A stretch of 34,226 nucleotides of DNA from a virus (IMGVR_UViG_3300008120_000416:1-34226), one strand, 5' to 3'. Counted from the stretch's first letter, positions 6,022-14,673 are shown. The notes: generated from the letters alone by a model not told the origin. Numbers and translations: made by a program.

Positions 6022-6798
6022 ATGCATTACTACAAGAGAAATCTTGGCGACTATGCCAAGAAAGCTGGTCGCTTAACCATGCTTCAACACGGAGCGTACA
6101 CGCTTCTTATTGATTCGTGCTACGACAGAGAAGTTTTCCCAACACTTGAGCAAGCACTTGAATGGACTTGGGCATCTACTGAAGCAGAAGTAGAAGCTGT
6201 AAAGTTTGTTCTAAGCAGGTTTTTTGTGTTGGATAAAGATGGTTGTTATGTGCAGGATAGGATACTTCAAGAGTTGTTGCACTATCATAAAAACGCAGAT
6301 ACAAATAAACGAATCGCTGATGAAAGAGAAGCGAAGCGTAGAGAGAATCGCACGAAGCGTGAACAAATGGTAGACGAAGCGCCACCTAACCATAAACCAC
6401 TAACCACTAACCATAAACCAAAGAGAGATAGCGCAACTAGCGTTGCTTGTCCTGATTCTGTTTCTCAGCAGGTTTGGAATGATTGGATGACAGTTCGTAA
6501 AGAAAAGAAAGCTAAAACATTGACAGAAACTGGTTGGAATGGTTTTGTTAAACAAGTTGAAAAAGCAGGTTGGTCACTTGAGCAAGCGATTAGTCATTGT
6601 TGTTTAAAGCAATGGGTTGGCTTTGAGGCTGCTTGGGTTGCACCTAAACAAAATCCTGCTGACATTGTGAGGCTCACAGTTCCATCAAAGAATGAGCCTG
6701 ACCCTGCACTTGAGAAAATTAAAGCAGACGAAAAGAAGGCAGTTCCAATTCCACTAGAGGTTTTGGCAAGAATGGCTCAATTAAGGAGTAAAGCATGA
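6022..6798 (+). CDS. YdaU/DUF1376-family replication initiator-like protein
   Basis: MHYYKRNLGDY...LTMLQHGAYTLLID N-terminus; lambda O-like position. Confidence 0.85.
   Translation: MHYYKRNLGDYAKKAGRLTMLQHGAYTLLIDSCYDREVFPTLEQALEWTWASTEAEVEAVKFVLSRFFVLDKDGCYVQDRILQELLHYHKNADTNKRIADEREAKRRENRTKREQMVDEAPPNHKPLTTNHKPKRDSATSVACPDSVSQQVWNDWMTVRKEKKAKTLTETGWNGFVKQVEKAGWSLEQAISHCCLKQWVGFEAAWVAPKQNPADIVRLTVPSKNEPDPALEKIKADEKKAVPIPLEVLARMAQLRSKA
6387..6421 (+). repeat. Five tandem 7-bp repeats (WAACCAH), iteron-like
   Basis: taaccat aaaccac taaccac taaccat aaaccaa. Confidence 0.75.
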
Positions 6799-7703
6799 AT
6801 AAGATTGAATTTGGTGATTGCAGAGAAACAATGCGTAAATGGGCTACGCAAGGAATTAAGGCGCAAACTTGTGTAACAAGTCCTCCTTACTATGGTTTGC
6901 GTGACTATGGGCATGAAGGGCAAATTGGTCTTGAAGAAACACCAGAGGAATATATCAAGCAAATGGTAGAAGTTTTCCGATGTGTTTGGGATGTGCTTGA
7001 GGATGATGGAACACTTTGGGTAAACATTGGTGATAGCTATGCTGGTAACAATTCAAGAGCATCAAACAATGGTCGTGCTGGATTTGGTAATGCTAGAGAA
7101 AAAGTAGTTAACAGGACTGGTGAAGGTCTAAAAACTAAAGACTTGATTGGTATTCCTTGGATGCTTGCATTTGCTCTAAGAGCAGATGGCTGGTTTTTGC
7201 GTCAAGACATTATTTGGCATAAACCAAACCCAATGCCTGAGTCTGTGCAGGATAGATGCACAAAAGCCCATGAATATATTTTCTTGTTAAGCAAATCACA
7301 GAAATATTACTATGACCATGAGGCAATTAAAGACCCTGTTAAAGATGATTGGGGTACAAGAGATAGAGCCAATGGTAAATATCACAATGAAGGAAGTGGA
7401 TTACAGCCTCATAGTGGTTTAGAAAAGTCATATGAGATGGCAAACAAAAGAAGTGTTTGGAGTGTTCCTGTAAAACCATATACAGGCGCACACTTTGCTG
7501 TTTTTCCAAGTGAACTTATTGAGCCTTGCATACTTGCTGGCGCACCTGTTGGTGGAATTGTTTTAGACCCTTTTATGGGTTCTGGAACAACAGCACAAGT
7601 TGCTCAAGACCTTGGCAGGAAATATCTTGGATGCGAGTTAAATACTGAGTATGGAAAACTTCAACAAAAAAGATTGGCACAACAATCATTGGAGTTGATA
7701 TGA
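6795..7703 (+). CDS. DNA methyltransferase (N4-C/N6-A, beta class)
   Basis: TSPPY catalytic motif precedes DPFMGSGTT SAM-binding motif; HFAVFP. Confidence 0.93.
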   Translation: MNKIEFGDCRETMRKWATQGIKAQTCVTSPPYYGLRDYGHEGQIGLEETPEEYIKQMVEVFRCVWDVLEDDGTLWVNIGDSYAGNNSRASNNGRAGFGNAREKVVNRTGEGLKTKDLIGIPWMLAFALRADGWFLRQDIIWHKPNPMPESVQDRCTKAHEYIFLLSKSQKYYYDHEAIKDPVKDDWGTRDRANGKYHNEGSGLQPHSGLEKSYEMANKRSVWSVPVKPYTGAHFAVFPSELIEPCILAGAPVGGIVLDPFMGSGTTAQVAQDLGRKYLGCELNTEYGKLQQKRLAQQSLELI

Positions 7704-7807
7704 GCTACTACGAAGCAATGAGACTTTTGGACAAGGTGCGTGAAGGCGTACCTTATCCACTACACCTGATAAACAAAGCATTGGAATTGACTGGTGACTT
7801 GGAGTAG
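7700..7807 (+). CDS. 35-aa hypothetical protein
   Basis: MSYYEAMRLLDKVREGVPYPLHLINKALELTGDLE; GGAG SD, ATGA overlap. Confidence 0.6.
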   Translation: MSYYEAMRLLDKVREGVPYPLHLINKALELTGDLE

Positions 7808-8006
7808 AAGAAATATTCAAGGCCCAAGCGATAGGGTAATTCTTGAGCAAGCAGAGGCTCGGGAACTCTATCGTAATTGGGAATGGTCAAAGAATCGTGA
7901 CCTGATTCGTGCAAGACTTGAAAGAGCAGAGCGAATCTATGGGACTGGTGCTAGAGACAGAATCCGAGCATACATGGCACAAATGAGAGAGGGGACACTC
8001 GAATGA
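7794..8006 (+). CDS. Hypothetical protein
   Basis: 70-aa ORF filling the operon; start uncertain. Confidence 0.6.
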   Translation: MTWSRRNIQGPSDRVILEQAEARELYRNWEWSKNRDLIRARLERAERIYGTGARDRIRAYMAQMREGTLE

Positions 8007-8431
8007 CATTCATGGTCACATTTAAGGTTGAAGGCAACCCTGTTGGTAAACAAAGAGCAAGGTATGCCAAGCGTGGAAACTTTGTCCAAACTTACACACC
8101 TGAGAAAACCAGAACTTACGAATCTTTGATTAAAGACTCAGCAAAGCAAGCAATGGGGTCTTCCGAGCCTTTAGAGACCCCTGTAAGCCTTTATTTATAC
8201 ATTCGAGTGCTAATCCCTGCATCTGCTACAAAAAAGCGTTTAGAGGCCATTGCTAAAGGTGATGAAAAACCAATCAAGAAACCTGATGCTTCCAATATTT
8301 TGAAAAGCATAGAAGACGGAATGAATGGTGTTGTTTACAAGGATGATTCTCAGATTGTGAATATCCATGTGACTAAGGTTTACTCAAGTCAAGCTGGTGT
8401 GGATATTTGCGTCAAGGAGTGCCTTGAATGA
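8003..8431 (+). CDS. rusA: RusA-family Holliday junction resolvase
   Basis: PVGKQRAR, KKPDASNILKSIEDGMNGVVYKDDSQIV. Confidence 0.92.
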   Translation: MTFMVTFKVEGNPVGKQRARYAKRGNFVQTYTPEKTRTYESLIKDSAKQAMGSSEPLETPVSLYLYIRVLIPASATKKRLEAIAKGDEKPIKKPDASNILKSIEDGMNGVVYKDDSQIVNIHVTKVYSSQAGVDICVKECLE

Positions 8432-8760
8432 AAGCCCCTTACAAAGCCATTGAGTACATCATTGAAAATTCATGCAAATATGCGGAAGCTAAAGCACAAA
8501 GAATCTACCTTGAGGAGTTCCGCAAAACAAAAAAGGCTTTACTAATGAAGGATGCAATGGCTAGAGGGATAGATTCTGCTGTTGCTCAAGAGCGTGAAGC
8601 CTATGCACACCTTGAATACGCTGACCTGCTCAAAGGGTTGATGGTTGCCATTGAGAAAGAAGAAACTTTAAAGTGGATGCTTGTCGCAGCCCAGATGAAA
8701 GCTGACATTTGGAGAAGTGAGCAAGCAAGTGAGCGTCTTGGCGTAAAAACAACAGAATAA
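8428..8760 (+). CDS. Helical hypothetical protein
   Basis: 110-aa ORF, AAGGAG SD, ATGA overlap. Confidence 0.8.
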   Translation: MKAPYKAIEYIIENSCKYAEAKAQRIYLEEFRKTKKALLMKDAMARGIDSAVAQEREAYAHLEYADLLKGLMVAIEKEETLKWMLVAAQMKADIWRSEQASERLGVKTTE

Positions 8761-8766
8761 AAATAT

Positions 8767-8848
8767 TTGTAAAAATCAACAAAATGTTGATACAATGCAC
8801 TCAGCCCAAGCAATTCGCAAGGGTACTTTTAAGGACTAAGCAATGAAA
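8767..8848 (+). promoter_or_regulatory. Promoter with palindromic operator (8775-8791) and conserved leader copy B (8801-8848)
   Basis: TTGTAA...TG-A-TACAAT; ATCAAC-N5-GTTGAT; leader matches 5002-4955. Confidence 0.85.
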
Positions 8849-9100
8849 TACGAATTTGACACAACTGTTGGTGAAGGCTCTGTAGTAGTTACTGTTGTCA
8901 TGGAATACGACACAGATTCAGAAGGCATCTATGGTGAGAACATTGAAGACATTATTTACGAGAAGGTAAGTGTGCTTGGTCTGTTCTCTGCTGAACAATA
9001 CAAAGAACTTGAGATAGAAGGTTGTATGCGTTTATCTAAGCACATCTTGGATGAAGCAGACCATTCTCGTTCTGTTGAATACGATATGAGAGATGTCTAA
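8843..9100 (+). CDS. Acidic hypothetical protein
   Basis: 85 aa, TAAGGA SD within the conserved leader. Confidence 0.8.
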   Translation: MKYEFDTTVGEGSVVVTVVMEYDTDSEGIYGENIEDIIYEKVSVLGLFSAEQYKELEIEGCMRLSKHILDEADHSRSVEYDMRDV

Positions 9101-9185
9101 GCAAGCCGTTTGGCGAATCATTGTTATTTCACTAGCGACTTTTTGGTCGCTGGTGGTGTACTTCATAAGGTCTTTTTATGATTAA
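9093..9185 (+). CDS. 30-aa single-TM peptide
   Basis: MSKQAVWRIIVISLATFWSLVVYFIRSFYD; bridges the neighbouring genes. Confidence 0.55.
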   Translation: MSKQAVWRIIVISLATFWSLVVYFIRSFYD

Positions 9186-9423
9186 CGTCACCATCTACAC
9201 AAAATCTGGCTGCCCTAATTGCGTGACAGCTAAGAATCTACTCAAGACTTTGAATCTTGAGTACAAAGAGATTGATATTGAGACTGGTGACAGGTTTGCT
9301 AACTTTGTGGCGCACTATCCAGATGCTAAACAAATGCCACAGATATTCATTGGTGACCAACGAGTAGGTGGTTTGGCAGGTTTACAGGCTGCTTTAAAGA
9401 AAATGGAGGTTAAAAATGGGTAA
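9178..9423 (+). CDS. Glutaredoxin
   Basis: IYTKSGCPNC, MPQIFIGDQRVGG. Confidence 0.92.
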   Translation: MINVTIYTKSGCPNCVTAKNLLKTLNLEYKEIDIETGDRFANFVAHYPDAKQMPQIFIGDQRVGGLAGLQAALKKMEVKNG

Positions 9424-9628
9424 AGGCTCAAGTCCAAGACCTTTTAAGGTAAGCAATGAAGAATACTCTAATCGGTGGGATACTATTTTTGGTAGAGACA
9501 ATGAGAAAAAAAACGAAACGAAAACATTGGAATCTGATAGACCCAATAACTCATGCGATAGTGGGTGCGTCAATAACCCACAGGGAGAAGTTGGACAAAC
9601 TCCGAATGATGGAGTATTCCGCACTTGA
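9416..9628 (+). CDS. Small hypothetical protein
   Basis: GGAGG SD; MGKGSSPRP...RWDTIFG; 3' part overlaps next gene. Confidence 0.55.
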   Translation: MGKGSSPRPFKVSNEEYSNRWDTIFGRDNEKKNETKTLESDRPNNSCDSGCVNNPQGEVGQTPNDGVFRT

Positions 9629-9959
9629 GGCGATTATTAAGGGCAGAGGAACTATCCATGACTGGCGTACTCTTGTGGATGTACTAAACCTGTCAGAAAC
9701 GATGGGCAGAGCAGGGGTAGGCCCAGAAGTGTTGCCAATCTGCGAGAAGGCGCAAGCAAGCCTCCACAAAGCATCTGGATACTATCAAAAGACTATGCGT
9801 GTCATTTTAGATGCGGAGGGTATTCAAGCCTGTCGTGATTTGATTGAATTCGCAGACTTGCAGCAGTCCAGTATTCCTCGAAGTGAGTTTGAGAGATATA
9901 TTCAGAAAACAAAAGACTACATAAAGTCACGAGGTGATAAGGTGGTAGAAATTGAATAA
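9501..9959 (+). CDS. Hypothetical helical protein
   Basis: Long ORF; likely start MRKKTKRKHW at 9501. Confidence 0.75.
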   Translation: MRKKTKRKHWNLIDPITHAIVGASITHREKLDKLRMMEYSALEAIIKGRGTIHDWRTLVDVLNLSETMGRAGVGPEVLPICEKAQASLHKASGYYQKTMRVILDAEGIQACRDLIEFADLQQSSIPRSEFERYIQKTKDYIKSRGDKVVEIE

Positions 9960-10209
9960 CAGTTTTACAAAGCGTGAAAGACTGCACTTAGCAAGGATTA
10001 AAGAACTTCCTTGTGGTGTTTGTGGTCAGTCTGCACCATCAGATGCTCACCACATAAAGCAGCATCATCAATACTTATGTATTCCTTTATGCAAGGATTG
10101 CCATCAAGGTAGTTTCAATGGGATTCATGGTCAGGCTAGGATTTGGTCAGTTTATAAACAGGACGAAATGTCGGTTTTAAACGAAACGCTTGCAAAACTA
10201 ATTGGATAG
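9952..10209 (+). CDS. Ref/DUF968-like HNH nuclease
   Basis: LPCGVCG...DAHH...IPLCKDCHQG...GIHG. Confidence 0.8.
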   Translation: MNNSFTKRERLHLARIKELPCGVCGQSAPSDAHHIKQHHQYLCIPLCKDCHQGSFNGIHGQARIWSVYKQDEMSVLNETLAKLIG

Positions 10210-10245
10210 CGCACAATGGTGGAACTCAGTTGCCATTGAGTATTT

Positions 10246-10270
10246 AGAGGGACTTGTTCCCTCTTTTTTT
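10246..10270 (+). terminator. Intrinsic terminator ending early/middle region
   Basis: AGAGGGA-CTTGT-TCCCTCT followed by T run. Confidence 0.85.
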
Positions 10271-10306
10271 GTGTGAGATAATGGTACAAACTCCATGAGG
10301 ACAACC

Positions 10307-10804
10307 ATGTCTGGACTACTTGAGCCATCTGTAAAAATCGAGATTGAGATACAAAACCAAGAGAAGAAGGGTGAAGCCTGTCCAGTTGCGACAGGTGATG
10401 TAGCTGTCAATCTTGAGAATCGTGAGAAGGCGATTGAAAAGGCTAACTACGGGCCTATGAATCCCAACGAATCCAACATGGATTACTGGCGTGAAATCTC
10501 TCGTGCTTGGCGTATTGCCCCTGCACAAGCCAAGAAGTCTCGTTGCGGTAACTGCGCTGCCTTTATCCAGACACCTAAGATGCTGTCTTGTATCGAATCT
10601 GGTCTGGATGACAACGAGATGGACGCATGGGAAGTCATTGATGCTGGTGACTTAGGTTATTGCGAGATGTTTGACTTTAAGTGTGCTTCTAAGCGTACCT
10701 GCGAAGCATGGATTAGTGGTGGGCCAATTACTCAGGAGAAAGACAATGGGAACAACGAATCAACAGGCTCTGGAGATGATGCAGAAGCTGATGAAGAAGC
10801 CTAA
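10307..10804 (+). CDS. Cys-rich protein with HiPIP-like Cys spacing
   Basis: Starts MSGLLE behind GAGGA; CGNC...GYCEMFDFKC...RTCEAW; TG-A-GATAAT promoter-like site upstream. Confidence 0.75.
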   Translation: MSGLLEPSVKIEIEIQNQEKKGEACPVATGDVAVNLENREKAIEKANYGPMNPNESNMDYWREISRAWRIAPAQAKKSRCGNCAAFIQTPKMLSCIESGLDDNEMDAWEVIDAGDLGYCEMFDFKCASKRTCEAWISGGPITQEKDNGNNESTGSGDDAEADEEA

Positions 10805-10865
10805 ACCTATGCCTGTGCGTGGTGAGCGTACTGCAAAGAACAAAGCAAAGAAGCCTAAAAAGTGA
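10746..10865 (+). CDS. 39-aa basic peptide
   Basis: AGGAG SD; MGTTNQQALEMMQKLMKKPKPMPVRGERTAKNKAKKPKK. Confidence 0.7.
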   Translation: MGTTNQQALEMMQKLMKKPKPMPVRGERTAKNKAKKPKK

Positions 10866-11084
10866 TTAAGCGTGGCACAGAGCAGTTTTCTGGCTATAAC
10901 AAGCCTAAGAAGACTCCTAACCATCGCACTAAATCTCATGCTGTTTTGGCAAAGAGTGGTGAGGATGTGAAACTTATCACCTGATGGCTCTAAGCGTAAC
11001 GAAGCGTTCAAGGCTCGTCACGCAGAGAATATTGCCAAAGGTAAGATGAGTGCAGCGTATTGGGCTAACAAGGTTAAATGGTGA
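10862..11084 (+). pseudogene. Basic phage protein gene broken by a frameshift at about 10979
   Basis: Frame 1 ...KSHAVLAKSGEDVKLIT*; frame +1 continues PDGSKRNEAFKARH...MSAAYWANKVKW*. Confidence 0.75.
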
Positions 11085-11089
11085 ACAAC

Positions 11090-11254
11090 ATGAAAATGAC
11101 AAAAGCTGGTCAGAAGAAAGTTGGCAAGGTAATGGGTGAGTACAAAGAAGGCACTCTCCATTCTGGCAAAGGTGGCAAGGTTGTAAAGAGCCGTGACCAA
11201 GCGATTGCCATTGCTATGTCAGAAGCTGCTAAAAAGATGGGCAGGATGAAATAA
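11090..11254 (+). CDS. Small basic protein (DUF6496-like)
   Basis: KKVGKVMGEYKEGTLHSGKGGKVVKSRDQAIAIAMSEA. Confidence 0.8.
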   Translation: MKMTKAGQKKVGKVMGEYKEGTLHSGKGGKVVKSRDQAIAIAMSEAAKKMGRMK

Positions 11255-12699
11255 TGGCTGAACTAAGGGCTACTCCAATGTCAAACCCAATCATGGGTTT
11301 ACTTGCTGACCGCCTAAAGAAAGCGCAACAATTTGGCGCAAAGCCATTTGGTTATGAGAATCCTCCTGTAGAGATGCTGATGAATCTCTTAGGAGTTCCT
11401 GCTGTCCAACAGACAATGGAGAGAATGGCTTATAGTGAGCCATTGACTACTGGTAGAGGCATGACCACTAAGCCTCGTGCTGAAGCTGTTGAAGCTGCTA
11501 TGGCAGTTGCACCAGTTGCAGGATTGCTAGGTAAAGCTACTAAAGGTTTACCAGTAGGCGCAAGCATCAAGAATGTTGGAAAAGTAGATGAATTAACTGG
11601 TTTACCATTGAATTCTGATGGTACTGTTACTGTTTATCATCACACAAATAAAAAAGCAGCAGAGCAAATTGCTTCAACCAAAAAGTTAAAGTCTGCTGGT
11701 GAGCCTGATGTTTATGTAACAACAGAAAAAGAGCCTAATACTGGATATGGTGAAACAGTAGTCCCAATCCGTATAGACCCACAGAAACTTATTCTTGATG
11801 ACGAGTTTCCTAGTGGTCGTATGGATTTCCGTATTTCATCTGGTAAATCTGGTGTTCCAATCAAACTTGAGCCAAAGCAAACAACTTCTCCAAGACAAGA
11901 AGCACTAGATACAGCCCAAAGAAACGCTGCATTGCCTATTGAAGAAGGTGGTCTAGGACTGCCTAAAGACAATACTCCAGAGATGAGAGCAGAAGCGATG
12001 GGGTATAAAACTCCTGTCTATCACGGCACAAATGAAGACATAAACATTTTTAATGTTGAGGGCAAAGGCAAAACATCTGGTGCTGGCGCTTTTTTTACTA
12101 CTAACCCAACGGCTGCAGAAACTTATGTTTCAGCGTCTGGTGGTGGGAACATACTTCCACTATTGCTTAGACAAGAAGACTTCTTGACAGCAAATGCTAA
12201 AGGTAGAAACTGGGCTGATATTTATACAAATCAACTTGGCGCTAAAGCAGGTAAAAAAAGGTATTCACTAGAAGACTTGGAATTAGATAGAGATTCTGCA
12301 ACATCAACTGATGAACTTGGCATCATTGCTAGTAATTTAGGTTTAAAAGGCGCAGAAATCAAAAATGTCAAAGATTTAGGCCCTAACAGTCATGTGATGA
12401 GGGCTAAAGACTATTTGTATGAAAAGTATGGAATTATTCCTGATGAAACTTGGTCAAATGTAACTGGCAAACAGTTTGACGAAGCAAGAAAATATCAAGA
12501 AAAATTTTATGACTCTCAAAAGGGAGACATATATGCTATTCAAGACCCATCTTTGGTTAGAAGCAGATTTGCTGCCTTTGACCCAATGCGTAGAAACGAA
12601 GCAGACATTCTTGCTGGTGTGTTACCATTAGGATTACTAGCAGACGAAGAACAGCGTAAGAAACTTTACGAACTTGTACCATCACTACTAGGTCAGTAA
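11254..12699 (+). CDS. Multidomain protein with two ADP-ribosyltransferase-like domains (second resembles ART-PolyVal)
   Basis: TVYHHT...VYVTT...GYG...DDEF; then PVYHGT...GAFFTTNPTAAETY...NILPLLL...IYAIQDPSLVRSRFAAFDP. Confidence 0.75.
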   Translation: MAELRATPMSNPIMGLLADRLKKAQQFGAKPFGYENPPVEMLMNLLGVPAVQQTMERMAYSEPLTTGRGMTTKPRAEAVEAAMAVAPVAGLLGKATKGLPVGASIKNVGKVDELTGLPLNSDGTVTVYHHTNKKAAEQIASTKKLKSAGEPDVYVTTEKEPNTGYGETVVPIRIDPQKLILDDEFPSGRMDFRISSGKSGVPIKLEPKQTTSPRQEALDTAQRNAALPIEEGGLGLPKDNTPEMRAEAMGYKTPVYHGTNEDINIFNVEGKGKTSGAGAFFTTNPTAAETYVSASGGGNILPLLLRQEDFLTANAKGRNWADIYTNQLGAKAGKKRYSLEDLELDRDSATSTDELGIIASNLGLKGAEIKNVKDLGPNSHVMRAKDYLYEKYGIIPDETWSNVTGKQFDEARKYQEKFYDSQKGDIYAIQDPSLVRSRFAAFDPMRRNEADILAGVLPLGLLADEEQRKKLYELVPSLLGQ

Positions 12700-12738
12700 T
12701 TACTAACTTAACCTTGACCAACCCTAGAGGAGTCAAAC

Positions 12739-13140
12739 ATGGCTGGAAGACCAATAAATAAATTCTATGTCTATGCGATAAAGAACGAAGATGGTTCAAT
12801 CGTTTATATAGGCAAAGGCTCTGAACGCAGATTTGAAGTTCAAAAGAAGAACTTTAATCTGTCTGGAGAAATACTCGAAACATTCGCATCAGAGAAACTT
12901 GCTTACGCAAAAGAGATTGAATTCATCTCATTGCACAAGCCAAGTCTAAACAAATGCAAAGGTGGCAATGGATGCACAGCCACTAAGAAACGCATTGTTA
13001 AACAAGACTACGAAAAACTTATTGACCGCATAGGCTCTCGTGCCTTTGCTGCTAGACTGTTGCTTGCTTACAACAAAGTTAATCCAAAAATGGTTGACCA
13101 ATCTAAAGTAGATTTATTTAGAGAGGTTGCATATGGCTAA
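12739..13140 (+). CDS. Free-standing GIY-YIG endonuclease
   Basis: FYVYAI...VYIGKG..RR, AYAKEIEFI, LNKCKGG. Confidence 0.85.
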   Translation: MAGRPINKFYVYAIKNEDGSIVYIGKGSERRFEVQKKNFNLSGEILETFASEKLAYAKEIEFISLHKPSLNKCKGGNGCTATKKRIVKQDYEKLIDRIGSRAFAARLLLAYNKVNPKMVDQSKVDLFREVAYG

Positions 13141-13423
13141 TGGCGTTAAAACAGGCGGTAGAGTGGCTGGAACACCCAACAAGGCTACGCAAGAGGCAAG
13201 ACAAGCCATAGCATTGTTTGTTGACCAAAACGCACATAGGCTTACTGAGTGGCTCGATGCTGTTGCGTATGGTGACCCTGCAAATGAAATAAAACCAAAC
13301 CCTGCAAAAGCCTTTGAGATGTTTCAAAGTGTTGTTGAGTATCACATTCCTAAGTTGGCTAGGACTGAGTTAGCTGGTGATTCCAACAAACCTATTGAAA
13401 TGAAGGTCACATGGGCGAAGTAA
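13133..13423 (+). CDS. terS: Terminase small subunit (putative)
   Basis: KTGGRVAGTPNKAT, PKLARTELAG; directly upstream of and overlapping terL; GAGG SD. Confidence 0.7.
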   Translation: MANGVKTGGRVAGTPNKATQEARQAIALFVDQNAHRLTEWLDAVAYGDPANEIKPNPAKAFEMFQSVVEYHIPKLARTELAGDSNKPIEMKVTWAK

Positions 13424-14673
13424 TCGAGATTCCTTACAAACCTAGAGAACAACAGCTTGCTATCCATGAACTGATGGACAGTAAGCGTTTTGGTGTTGTT
13501 GTTGCTCATAGGCGCATGGGCAAAACTGTCTCAGCGATTAACCATCTAATCAAGGACGCTATCCTCAATCAGAAGGAAGCACCTAGATACGCATACATTG
13601 CACCTACCTATGGACAAGCTAAACGAGTGGCTTGGGACTATCTCGTTAAATACGCTACACCGCTAGGCGGTACTAACAACATCTCAGAGTTGCGAGTTGA
13701 CTTCTGGGGTAGGCGTATCCAGTTATATGGCTCAGACAATCCAGAAGCATTGCGTGGTCAGTATTTCGATGGGGTAATCCTAGACGAGATTGGTGACCAG
13801 AATCCTAAGATTTGGACAGACATTATCAGACCTGCACTAGCTGACAGAAAAGGCTGGTGTATGTTCATTGGTACACCGAAAGGTCATAACCACTTCAAAG
13901 AACTGCGTGATAGGGCAGAAACTGAGGATGGGTGGGGTTTGCTAGAGTTTAAAGCCTCTGAGACAGGGGTGGTGGACGATACAGAACTCAAGGCTGCTCG
14001 TAATGAGATGGGTGAGGATAAGTACCGACAAGAGTTTGAATGTAGCTTTGATGCTGCTGTAGAAGGCTCTTACTATGGGCAAATCCTCAATGAACTGGAA
14101 GACAAGCACCATATGCAAGAGATTCCCAGAGAGGAGCTAAGCCGTACATTTACAGCTTGGGATTTGGGTATGGGTGATTCAACTTCTATTTGGGTTGCTC
14201 AGTTAGTAGGTACTGAGGTGCGTCTGATTGACTATTACGAGAATCATGGTGTTGGACTAGACCACTATGTGAAGTGGATTAGGGACAATGACTATGCAAA
14301 AGCAGAGCATATCTTGCCCCATGACGTTAGGGTCAGAGAGTTAGGCTCTGGTAAAAGCCGACTAGAGATGCTTGAGGAGGCAGGACTAGAGATAAAGATT
14401 GCGCCTAGAATGGGTTTAGACGATGGAATCCAAGCGGTAAGGCGTTTGCTGCCAAGGTGCTGGTTCAATGTTCCTAAAGTCCAGACAGGGCTGAACTGCC
14501 TGAGAAACTACCGCAGAGATTACGATGAGAAGCGTAAGATTTTCTATGAGCGTCCATTGCATGACTGGTCATCACATGGCTCGGACTCATTCCGCTACTT
14601 AGCCCTTGGATTGGATGAAGGTCATTCAACTTGGTCTAAGCCTATCAACCAAACACCGAAATGGATTGTCTGA
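13411..14673 (+). CDS. terL: Terminase large subunit
   Basis: Walker A HRRMGKT, Walker B VILDE, GTPKG, nuclease AWDLG and SHGSDSFRY. Confidence 0.96.
   Translation: MGEVIEIPYKPREQQLAIHELMDSKRFGVVVAHRRMGKTVSAINHLIKDAILNQKEAPRYAYIAPTYGQAKRVAWDYLVKYATPLGGTNNISELRVDFWGRRIQLYGSDNPEALRGQYFDGVILDEIGDQNPKIWTDIIRPALADRKGWCMFIGTPKGHNHFKELRDRAETEDGWGLLEFKASETGVVDDTELKAARNEMGEDKYRQEFECSFDAAVEGSYYGQILNELEDKHHMQEIPREELSRTFTAWDLGMGDSTSIWVAQLVGTEVRLIDYYENHGVGLDHYVKWIRDNDYAKAEHILPHDVRVRELGSGKSRLEMLEEAGLEIKIAPRMGLDDGIQAVRRLLPRCWFNVPKVQTGLNCLRNYRRDYDEKRKIFYERPLHDWSSHGSDSFRYLALGLDEGHSTWSKPINQTPKWIV

Noticed and set aside
6795-7703. Restriction-modification system
   Set aside because: No cognate restriction enzyme is adjacent; orphan methyltransferases are common in phages.
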